Source of the DNA: Campylobacterota bacterium | GTDB lineage: Bacteria > Campylobacterota > Campylobacteria > Campylobacterales > Arcobacteraceae | DNA length: 23,413 nucleotides | Direction of reading: 5' to 3' | NCBI GenBank assembly: GCA_051746405.1 | Contig: JBNJFB010000037.1 | Location: 1 to 23,413 of the forward strand | Part shown: positions 8,543 to 16,662 of the stretch, in pieces | How the letters are laid out: each line of letters opens with the position of its first letter | How positions within the stretch are numbered: position 1 is the stretch's first letter | The notes under the pieces: model-generated | Database searches by the model: none | What the model was told of the DNA's origin: nothing | The model's input: the letters and a program-made list of their open reading frames with translations, nothing else | Position numbers and translations under genes: made by a program

Positions 8543-9715
8543 CTAATTTTTAAAGTGTGCACTTATAGTTTTTATAACTTTCTCTATTGAATTAAACTTA
8601 TGATATTTCAAAATAAATATTTTTGCAATATCATAAACTCTTTTAAAATACTGAAACTCTAGCTCTTCTTTAGTATCTAAAATAGATGCTTGAATTGGAA
8701 TCACTAGTGATATACTCATTGACAACATATGTATCCCTAGAAATCCAATACTCTGTTGTAAAACACTCTCTAAATATTTTTCTATATAGCCTATATCATG
8801 ATACTTATTCTCCATTTTATAAAGTTCAATAAAGTTATATTTATACTTATTCCAAATTATCTCCATATTATCTAAAAGCCATTTTTTGTATAAATTATCA
8901 GTGTTAGTAATATCATAGTTTATTGCCATACAAACAAAAAGATGAAAGATGGAACCTACATCATATCCCATGGGACCAAAAGAAGAGAACTCAAAGTCAA
9001 TAACAAATGTTTTATTTCTATTTACTAATAAAGCTCCACCTTTAAAATCTCCATGTATTAAAGATTCATTTTGTTTATGAAAAATCTCTTTTAACTCTTT
9101 AGTTTTTACCAATAACTCATTTTTATTATATATACTATCTTCAGATAGTGGACTTATTTTTATCGTATTTACTTGATGTGCTACAGTAAACATTTCTAAA
9201 AGTGTATCAAATATATATCCTGAACTTAGTTCTTTCATCTCATTTTTTTTATAGTATTCTATCAATTTTTGTCTTGATGAAAAACTTTTACAAAAAGAGG
9301 AAGTTAAAAATGCACTTGTACTTAAAAAATAAGCAATATCTTTTGCCAATTGGGGAAGATATTTCCCCTCTTGAATAGCTCTATTAAGAATCGTGCATTC
9401 CTGTAGATACTCCATCACAAAAAGAAAATTTTGCTCATCTTTAAAATATATTTTTGGAGTATATCCAGGGGTCAATTCTTCAAATAACTTTAAAGCATTA
9501 GATTCAAAAAGAATTCTTTGTTGGGACAATGGTTCTTGTGGTTCTTGTTTAAAGTACGGTAAAGCTTTTTTCAATATTGCTTTTTTTCCATTAGAAGGGG
9601 ATTGCAAAAGATTGACTTCATTAATCCCGCTACTGATGCCTATACTCTCTATCTTTCTATTCTCAAAAAACTCTTTAATATTTTTATTATGATCGAGATA
9701 GGTGGCTATATCCAT
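8543..9715 (-). CDS. Divergent methylthioribose kinase (MtnK)-like / APH-choline kinase superfamily phosphotransferase
   Basis: LKKALPY (MtnK VKQALPY), RILFE, LIHGD, VIDFEFSSFGPMGYDVG (MtnK IDPEFAFYGPMGFDIG). Several MtnK-specific residues differ. Confidence 0.75.
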   Translation of the reverse strand: MDIATYLDHNKNIKEFFENRKIESIGISSGINEVNLLQSPSNGKKAILKKALPYFKQEPQEPLSQQRILFESNALKLFEELTPGYTPKIYFKDEQNFLFVMEYLQECTILNRAIQEGKYLPQLAKDIAYFLSTSAFLTSSFCKSFSSRQKLIEYYKKNEMKELSSGYIFDTLLEMFTVAHQVNTIKISPLSEDSIYNKNELLVKTKELKEIFHKQNESLIHGDFKGGALLVNRNKTFVIDFEFSSFGPMGYDVGSIFHLFVCMAINYDITNTDNLYKKWLLDNMEIIWNKYKYNFIELYKMENKYHDIGYIEKYLESVLQQSIGFLGIHMLSMSISLVIPIQASILDTKEELEFQYFKRVYDIAKIFILKYHKFNSIEKVIKTISAHFKN

Positions 9716-9787
9716 TTTTTCTTCTCACTTTTGATTAAGGAAGATAGAACAATAAATCAGTTCTTGCATCATAAAAAGGCTTAGTTC

Positions 9788-11383
9788 TCAACACCCCATC
9801 ACCAAAAGCCCATCTACCTCTTTATCCCAAACTTTCTCATCCCAAGACTTGTCACTGCTTCTATCAAATACTATAAGCACACCCTCACTAGCATCTACTT
9901 TATCCATATACTCTTTGGTTTGAGTTATTCCCTGTTTTATTGTCTCATCTAAGTTTGAGTATAGTATTTTTGTCTCTATTACTATGTGTTGCATCTCTCC
10001 AAAGAAACCTTTAGAAGTAGTTGGCCACTCTATAAAAATATCAGTTCTACCTCTACCCAGTGCATACTCCCTGTGTATTCTTCCTCCACCATTTATAATA
10101 CGCTGTAAAAAAGCTTGAAGTAGTAGCTGGGGTCCCGCTTCTTTGTACTGAAACTTCTCAAACCAGCTATCCGCATTTTTTCTAAAAAACTCCTGAAAGG
10201 ATAGGAGGAGTTTTTTAGTATCTATTGTGTTATCTTCTTTTATGTACCACTCTTGTTCTTGGTTGACTATCGCCATTTGGCTTCCCCAATTAAGCTCCCT
10301 TGGGATAACCTCTTTATAAATATCATTGGCTATCTCTATTTTTTGATTAGAGTGTTTTTTAATAAGCCCTAAGTCCTCTACATAAAGTGTATCATTTGGA
10401 TTAAACTGATGCTGCGGTTCACGGTTAGCTATTAGTGGTGCTATTATATTATAAACCCGATCTTCTCTTAGCTTATCAGTTAGTTGGTCAAGATGCGTTG
10501 CTCTACTTTGGATAAGTTCCTCTCTTGCAATCATGTAGTGTTCATAAGTGATATGGATAGTTCTATCTTTTCTTAGCTCTTTGTTTTCCCATGTAAGCTG
10601 ATGGGCTAGTGCATTTACTAGCCATGGTTGACCTTTGGTGTCACTCCATAGCTTATCAAATATCTTTTTATCAAAGCTTTGTCCAGTTTCCCTTGTGTGT
10701 TGATTCCATAGCTCTACACACTCATCATAGCTAAAGTTACCCATCTTTATAGACTTTGCTTTGATATTAAAAGCACTTCCACCTGTGATTATTTCATGAT
10801 CTTTTGTGTGGATTCGGTAATCTTTTATATCTCTTACTCCACAAAGAATCAAAGCATGTGGAAAAGCTTCTGGGCGTCCTGCGTATCCTGCACGGATCTG
10901 TCTTAGAAGTGAGATAAGTGTGTCACCTACTAGGGCGTCTACTTCATCTAGTAGTAGGACTGTTGGTTTAGCAGAGGTTTGTGCCCAAAACTTCAACATC
11001 TCTGTGAGCATATCTTTATGTGGAGTGGTTCTTCCATCACCTCTATGAAACCACTCTTTTAAAGTATTGTCTTTAAGATAAAACTCTATTTGGGAAGATA
11101 TAGAACTACAAATAGTTTCTATACCACTTTTGACATCTCCCCTAGCAGCTTGCGCTGCTTCTATGTTGGCATATGCACATGCGTAAGTTTCACCAATATT
11201 AAGCTCCTCCATTATCCCAAGAAGAGTAGATGTTTTTCCAGTTTGTCTAGGGGCATGGAGGATAAAGTATCTTTGTTGATCTATCAAAGACTCTATTTCC
11301 TCCCAATCTACTCGTGAGAGAAGATCAATATGGTAGTTGATATCTTTTTTAGTAGGACCTGCTGTATTAAAAAACTTTTTCAT
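9788..11383 (-). CDS. AAA-like ATPase with C-terminal PD-(D/E)XK-like domain
   Basis: Walker A APRQTGKTS, Walker B LLLDEVD, GQPWLVN, C-terminal REY...GRTD...IETK. Start placed at ATG 11383 (MKKFFNTAGP, AAAGG RBS, upstream TATAAT at 11413-11418) rather than TTG 11413. Confidence 0.8.
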   Translation of the reverse strand: MKKFFNTAGPTKKDINYHIDLLSRVDWEEIESLIDQQRYFILHAPRQTGKTSTLLGIMEELNIGETYACAYANIEAAQAARGDVKSGIETICSSISSQIEFYLKDNTLKEWFHRGDGRTTPHKDMLTEMLKFWAQTSAKPTVLLLDEVDALVGDTLISLLRQIRAGYAGRPEAFPHALILCGVRDIKDYRIHTKDHEIITGGSAFNIKAKSIKMGNFSYDECVELWNQHTRETGQSFDKKIFDKLWSDTKGQPWLVNALAHQLTWENKELRKDRTIHITYEHYMIAREELIQSRATHLDQLTDKLREDRVYNIIAPLIANREPQHQFNPNDTLYVEDLGLIKKHSNQKIEIANDIYKEVIPRELNWGSQMAIVNQEQEWYIKEDNTIDTKKLLLSFQEFFRKNADSWFEKFQYKEAGPQLLLQAFLQRIINGGGRIHREYALGRGRTDIFIEWPTTSKGFFGEMQHIVIETKILYSNLDETIKQGITQTKEYMDKVDASEGVLIVFDRSSDKSWDEKVWDKEVDGLLVMGC

Positions 11384-11461
11384 ATGAAGCCTTTGAGATA
11401 TTGTATTGAGCAATTATATCTAAAAAGGGGTAAAAGGTGAAGAGATGTAGAAGATTATAAT

Positions 11462-12526
11462 CTACACAAGCTGGCGACCTAGTACTCTTTTAGCTATTTT
11501 CATAAGTTGTTTATTTTTAAAGAAATTTTCTCTTAAATAGCCATTCATATAAACATCAAGTTTAGTGTCAGTTGTTTTATCATATATATGTGAATGCAAG
11601 AAACCCTCTTGGTGAAAGCCTACATGAAGTGTATTTTTTTGTGATTTTTGATTGCTAGAGTAAACATAGCTAACTAGTTTATCTAATTTTATTTCACAAA
11701 AAGCAAACTCTAAAACTAAAAGGCTTGCTTCAAGTCCATCTGTTGAAGATATTTCTTCTGGAATTCCAATTTGCATCTCTGCTCTACTGTTATACATATC
11801 AATATTTACAAGTCCTGCTACACCAATTGGTACATTGTTTTTTTCTATAACCCATTCAATCTTATTGAAGTCCAAAGGTGGTTTATTGGCATTAGAAATA
11901 TCTCTATCCAGTGTCTCTTGGGAATCACTTTTCAAAATATTATAGTGACGCTGAAATTGTTTATTTTTTCTTATGTGTAGCAAAAACTCTCTATGTTGGG
12001 GATTGATTCTTTTAAGTGATACTTTTTTACCACTAGGACTACTCCACCAAAATGGAGAAAGCTTAATTTGCATAAATTGAGTTTGTTCTTTTAGATCAGT
12101 AAACTTTTCAGTTAGGTTTTCATTTGCTTTTTTTACTGCACTGTATGCAATATCATATTTTCTATTTGCTAATGCCGCATGCATTAAAGATAGTGCAGAC
12201 ATTGGATTGTCTGGCTCTAAAGAAGTTGATTGAATAGCAATATGCAAAGCTTCATCATTTTTTTTAGCTTTTAATAAGAGTTCTGAATATGTATTTAAAA
12301 ACCTAGTCTCACTAGGTGAGAGTTCACAAGCTTTTTTTAGGTTATCTAAAGATGCTACTAGATTTCTATACTTATATATTTCTAGTAGCCCTCTTACCAT
12401 AAACTCCAAAGATCGAAATTTGCTTTGAGGAATTGTTTTTAAATAAGATTCCAACTCTTGCCAATTGTGATTACTTATCCACCCATTCAAAACTTCCGAA
12501 TTGTTATACTTTATAACTTGACTCAT
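11462..12526 (-). CDS. TPR-repeat + RimJ/RimL-type GNAT N-acetyltransferase fusion
   Basis: N-half has TPR-like helices (LKKACELSPSE, AIQSTSLEPDNP); C-half has PIGVAGL..ID..N.RAE..IGI, LEFAF..IKL.KL...VY..N..S...GF..EG; AAGGAG RBS. Confidence 0.75.
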   Translation of the reverse strand: MSQVIKYNNSEVLNGWISNHNWQELESYLKTIPQSKFRSLEFMVRGLLEIYKYRNLVASLDNLKKACELSPSETRFLNTYSELLLKAKKNDEALHIAIQSTSLEPDNPMSALSLMHAALANRKYDIAYSAVKKANENLTEKFTDLKEQTQFMQIKLSPFWWSSPSGKKVSLKRINPQHREFLLHIRKNKQFQRHYNILKSDSQETLDRDISNANKPPLDFNKIEWVIEKNNVPIGVAGLVNIDMYNSRAEMQIGIPEEISSTDGLEASLLVLEFAFCEIKLDKLVSYVYSSNQKSQKNTLHVGFHQEGFLHSHIYDKTTDTKLDVYMNGYLRENFFKNKQLMKIAKRVLGRQLV

Positions 12527-12583
12527 TCACATCGCTCCTTATTTTATGTAGTTTGCTTTACTTTTATTCATCTTAGCAATAAA

Positions 12584-14509
12584 CTATTTTTTTTGTGTAA
12601 AAGAGATATTTTTCATAAAATCATACTCTTTTATAAGGTTTTCTATCCGCCTTTTAGAACTAGCTTTTTCTACAAAAAGTTGCATTAAAATATACAAATT
12701 AATAATTATTTTTTGTCCATAATTATTTTGAATTATTTTTGAAAGATAGGGTTTAAGAACTTTTGGCATATATACTTGTAAAAGCTCATCTTCAATACTT
12801 AAAAAAGTTTTTACACTTCCATTTTGTCCTTGTCTGCCTGTTCTTCCAAAAAGTTGTAAATCAACTCTTCTTGATTCATTTCTTTCAGTAACAATAACAT
12901 GTAATCCACCAAGTTCATTACACTGCTTTGAAATATGAATATCTGTACCTCTACCAGCCATATTTGTTGCAATAGTTATAGTTCCTATTTCACCAGCTTT
13001 TTGAACTATTGAAGCTTCTTTTTCATGATTTAATGCATGCAATACATTACAATTTAAACCATACTTTAATAATTGAACTTCTAATTCATTAGCTTCTAAA
13101 ATTGTTCTAACCCCAATTAATATAGGTCTTTTACTACTATGTACCTTAACAACTTCTTCACAAACTTTTTTCCATTTATTCTCTTTTGTATAAACAATCT
13201 CATCTTTTAATATATCTGTTTTCTTAGGAACTCTTTGAGGTATTTTAACAATATTTAAGTAATAGATTTGCCATAATTCTCTTGGGATATTTTGAAGAGT
13301 TCCACTCATACCACAAATATTATCATAAAGTCTAAAAAACCTTTGGAAACTCATTTTTATATTTGTTTTAGTAGGTTTTGTTAACTCTAATCCCTCCTTA
13401 GCTTCAACAGCTTGATGCAAACCTCCACTCCAAGAACGACTTTGCATCAATCTTCCAGTTTTCTCATCAACAATAACTATTTTTCCATCAATTATTACAT
13501 ACTGTTTATTTAAATGGTAAAACTCCTTTGCTAAAACTGCTTGCCTTACAATATATTTTAAACGATAATGAACTTTCCATGACAAAGGGAAAGTCTCTTT
13601 ATAAATATCTATATACTTATAACCTTCATTTGTGATTTCTATGGTACGATATGTTTTATTTACACTGTAATGAATATCTTTTTTCATTTGTTGAACTATT
13701 TTATAAGCTTTAAGTGTAGCATTATTTAAGTCCTTATCTTCAATTTGCATAGATATTATCAAAGGAGTTATTGCATCATCTGCTAAAACGCTATCTGCTT
13801 CATCTACTATAACACTATGCAATTCAGGGACAACTCTTTGCTCTTTTCTATTTTTTAATTTATCTATTAAACCTTTTGTACTATTATCTTTATATTCAAA
13901 TTTTAAATTATCTTTTAAGTAATCAGCTAATATATCATTGCTAGTAGCATAAACAATATCTTTTTTATAGTTTTCAACTCTTTGCTCAGTTTTCATATCA
14001 TTTGTAATATAACCTACATTTACAAATGCTTTTTTATATAACTCTTCTAACAATAAAGCATCTCTTTTTGCTAAATAATCATTTGATGTAATTACATGAC
14101 AAGGTTTGCCTCTCCAACTAAGCAAAATTCCAGTAATACATGCTGTTATCGTTTTACCCTCACCTGTTGACATCTCTATAATATTACCTTTAATCATAGC
14201 TAATGCACCCATAATCTGAACAATATATGGTCTTTTTTCTATAACTCTTATACAAAGTTCGCAAATTAATGCAAAAGATAATTTTACTTCATACTCACTC
14301 TCTTTTTTTCTTAAAAACTTATTTTTCTGATTTTTGATTTTAAAAAAAAGATTTTCATCATCTAAATCTTGAAAACTTAAAGACAATTCATATATCTCTT
14401 TTGCATCTTTTTTAAGTTTACTATAATTAAATAGCTTTTTTTTAAAATACCCTTTGATATTATGATTAAAAGAGTCGAAACTTTTATAAAGTACTTTTTC
14501 ATTTTTCAA
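12584..14509 (-). CDS. Secondary, C-terminally truncated SecA-like ATPase (motor and preprotein cross-linking domains)
   Basis: MSTGEGKT, HVITSNDYLAKRD, VDEADSVLAD, IVDEKTGR...WSGGLHQAVEAKEG, ATNMAGRGTDI, ESRRVDLQLFGRTGRQG, SIEDELL. Only 641 aa, ending about 70 aa after the motor domain; TTGA overlap with the upstream gene. Confidence 0.92.
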   Translation of the reverse strand: MKNEKVLYKSFDSFNHNIKGYFKKKLFNYSKLKKDAKEIYELSLSFQDLDDENLFFKIKNQKNKFLRKKESEYEVKLSFALICELCIRVIEKRPYIVQIMGALAMIKGNIIEMSTGEGKTITACITGILLSWRGKPCHVITSNDYLAKRDALLLEELYKKAFVNVGYITNDMKTEQRVENYKKDIVYATSNDILADYLKDNLKFEYKDNSTKGLIDKLKNRKEQRVVPELHSVIVDEADSVLADDAITPLIISMQIEDKDLNNATLKAYKIVQQMKKDIHYSVNKTYRTIEITNEGYKYIDIYKETFPLSWKVHYRLKYIVRQAVLAKEFYHLNKQYVIIDGKIVIVDEKTGRLMQSRSWSGGLHQAVEAKEGLELTKPTKTNIKMSFQRFFRLYDNICGMSGTLQNIPRELWQIYYLNIVKIPQRVPKKTDILKDEIVYTKENKWKKVCEEVVKVHSSKRPILIGVRTILEANELEVQLLKYGLNCNVLHALNHEKEASIVQKAGEIGTITIATNMAGRGTDIHISKQCNELGGLHVIVTERNESRRVDLQLFGRTGRQGQNGSVKTFLSIEDELLQVYMPKVLKPYLSKIIQNNYGQKIIINLYILMQLFVEKASSKRRIENLIKEYDFMKNISFTQKK

Positions 14510-16659
14510 AGCTGATATCTCTTTTGTAAAAGTTGCCTTACAAACCTTATGGTTTGTTGTATAAGAGTTTTCTTTGTTGTTTCAATCCTCAATACACCTG
14601 TTCTATCTTCATATAATAAGGGATTATTATTACTGTTTTTTATAAGTGCTATTACCTTAAAAAAGGACTCTTTTGTATTTACCCCATGGGTATCATCTTC
14701 TTGAATAGCTATATCTCCACCACCTAACATACCCAATGCAGCTGATGGCAATTTATATTGCTCATGGGGAATTATATTTATATTTTCAACTTCAATTGTT
14801 TTAGATGCTATTCCATTAAGCTTTATTTGTGAATTAAATAATTTATCATTAAATAGCACTGATACTTTTTCTTGAGGTACTACAGCAACAAATTCAAAAT
14901 ATTCATCATCTATTATTTCACCTACTAACTCTCTTCTTTTTAAAAGTCTATTTTTTGTTTTTAAAATATCATTTGAGATAAATAAGCCATTATGGGAAGA
15001 CTCCACCAAAAGTTTTTCCTTTTTATAATCTAAAAAATCTAATTTCTCTTCAAGAAGTTCAAGTCTTGCATTCAAGGGTTTTAGGTTTGCAATATTTTGT
15101 TGATTAGCTTTTAATCTCATAGCTTTTGTTTCTAAAATCATAGCTTTTGTCTGTTCTATCTCAAAATCTAACTCTCTATTTTCCAATAGTATTAATCTAT
15201 CACCTTTTTTTACTCTTTGTACATCTTCAACAAAAACCTTATCTAAATACCCATCATTAAAAGAGTATACTTTAATTGAGTTTTTAGCCTGTACTATACC
15301 ATTGGCTTTGATTGAATCATCAAAAGGTATAATTCCAAAAAGTAAAATTACAAAGAAAACAAAAAAACTACTTGTAATAATAGCTCTTGCTCTTTTAGTA
15401 ATTAATTCATTATCATTTAAAAGATATTTAATAGCTGAATAAATAGGTTTTAAAACCCATATAAAAAGTGATATTAAAACTACAACAACACCCAACAAAA
15501 ACCATTGGTCAGCTACAAAAACTGCAATAAGCAATGCAACTATAAATTTATAAATTGTACTCAATAAAGCATAAGTTGCCAACCAAAAGCTCTCACTAAA
15601 AGAGTCTGATACTTTTGACATATCTTTTAGTCCAAAAATATACTTTTTAATCCAAAAAAACCATTGCTCTCTTGATCTTTGATAAAGATTTGGTATTTCC
15701 AATAAATCTGAAAGTATATAATAAGAATCAAATTTTAAAAGAGGATTCCCATTAAAAAATATACTTGAAACAGAACCTATTATCATTATATTAAAAGCTA
15801 TAGAGTTTATGGCTCCTTGTCCTGTATTTGCCCATATAATAACACAAATAAAGGCTATAAATAACTCCACAATCATACCAGCTGCACCTACAAGTGCTCT
15901 TTGATATTTATTTTTAAAAGCCCAGCTATTACTTGCATCCATGTATGGTAAAGGGGTAAAGACTATAAACATCACCCCCATTGTAGTGACATTACCCCCA
16001 AATTTTCGAACCATCATAGCATGGCCAAACTCATGAAATATTTTTAAAATAACTAAACCTATATATAAAAATACAATATTACTAGGTGCTAAAATTCCCT
16101 GTCCTTGAGTAGAAAACTTATCAAAGTTTTCTGCTATTAAAAACAATGCATATATAAAAAAAGCAAACCAAACAATTACAAACTTCTTACTTAAAAAAAC
16201 ATCAATAAATTTAGCTTTATCTTCAAGCCATTGCCTAGGATTCCACAAAGGAACTCTTATAAACAGAAAGCTTGCTATTTTACTTTTTATCTCTTTTTGT
16301 CTGTTTTTAGTGGCTCTTTTAAACATATTTTCACTGTCAGCTCTATTTTTAAAATAAAGCAAATTATTTCCATGCAACTGTGTTAAAATATTTACAATTT
16401 CATCTTGTGTTGGAGTTATATCTGGATACTTTTCTAAATACTCTAACCATATCTGTTCTACACTCTTTTTTATAGTCAAATGACTTAGAAACTTATATGC
16501 CTCAGGTGTAATTTTAAAAAATTTACTACTAAAACTATCATTTAATACATACCAAGTTTTACCTCTGTAATACTGCTTATGTACTTTTATACTACTTAAT
16601 AAACTCACATGCAATTCTGAAACCACATGCCAAGACTGGCTAAAGACACTTTCACTCAT
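14506..16659 (-). CDS. Fusion of PqqD/RRE-like winged helix, M50 (site-2) metallopeptidase membrane domain and HlyD-like MFP domain
   Basis: HEFGH (HExxH) in a TM helix, AAGMIVEL, NGNPLLKFD (NxxPxxxxD); many TM segments; C-terminal lipoyl/hairpin MFP pattern (GYLDKVFVEDVQRVKKGDRLILLEN). The N-terminal ~100 aa follow a 3-strand + 3-helix PqqD-like pattern (less certain). Confidence 0.85.
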   Translation of the reverse strand: MSESVFSQSWHVVSELHVSLLSSIKVHKQYYRGKTWYVLNDSFSSKFFKITPEAYKFLSHLTIKKSVEQIWLEYLEKYPDITPTQDEIVNILTQLHGNNLLYFKNRADSENMFKRATKNRQKEIKSKIASFLFIRVPLWNPRQWLEDKAKFIDVFLSKKFVIVWFAFFIYALFLIAENFDKFSTQGQGILAPSNIVFLYIGLVILKIFHEFGHAMMVRKFGGNVTTMGVMFIVFTPLPYMDASNSWAFKNKYQRALVGAAGMIVELFIAFICVIIWANTGQGAINSIAFNIMIIGSVSSIFFNGNPLLKFDSYYILSDLLEIPNLYQRSREQWFFWIKKYIFGLKDMSKVSDSFSESFWLATYALLSTIYKFIVALLIAVFVADQWFLLGVVVVLISLFIWVLKPIYSAIKYLLNDNELITKRARAIITSSFFVFFVILLFGIIPFDDSIKANGIVQAKNSIKVYSFNDGYLDKVFVEDVQRVKKGDRLILLENRELDFEIEQTKAMILETKAMRLKANQQNIANLKPLNARLELLEEKLDFLDYKKEKLLVESSHNGLFISNDILKTKNRLLKRRELVGEIIDDEYFEFVAVVPQEKVSVLFNDKLFNSQIKLNGIASKTIEVENINIIPHEQYKLPSAALGMLGGGDIAIQEDDTHGVNTKESFFKVIALIKNSNNNPLLYEDRTGVLRIETTKKTLIQQTIRFVRQLLQKRYQL

Positions 16660-16662
16660 AAT

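Noticed and set aside
11384..11413. TTG start at 11413 for the AAA gene
   Set aside because: It overlaps the putative -10 box; the ATG at 11383 has an RBS and a family-like N-terminus.
9393..12688. Short plus-strand ORFs (9393-9692, 9602-9784, 11090-11317, 11771-11980, 12458-12688)
   Set aside because: Antisense to longer motif-bearing genes; no recognisable features.
12584..14509. Housekeeping secA, or a secA pseudogene
   Set aside because: Too short for the housekeeping enzyme and in an accessory operon. All catalytic motifs are intact, with no frameshifted remainder downstream, so decay is not supported.
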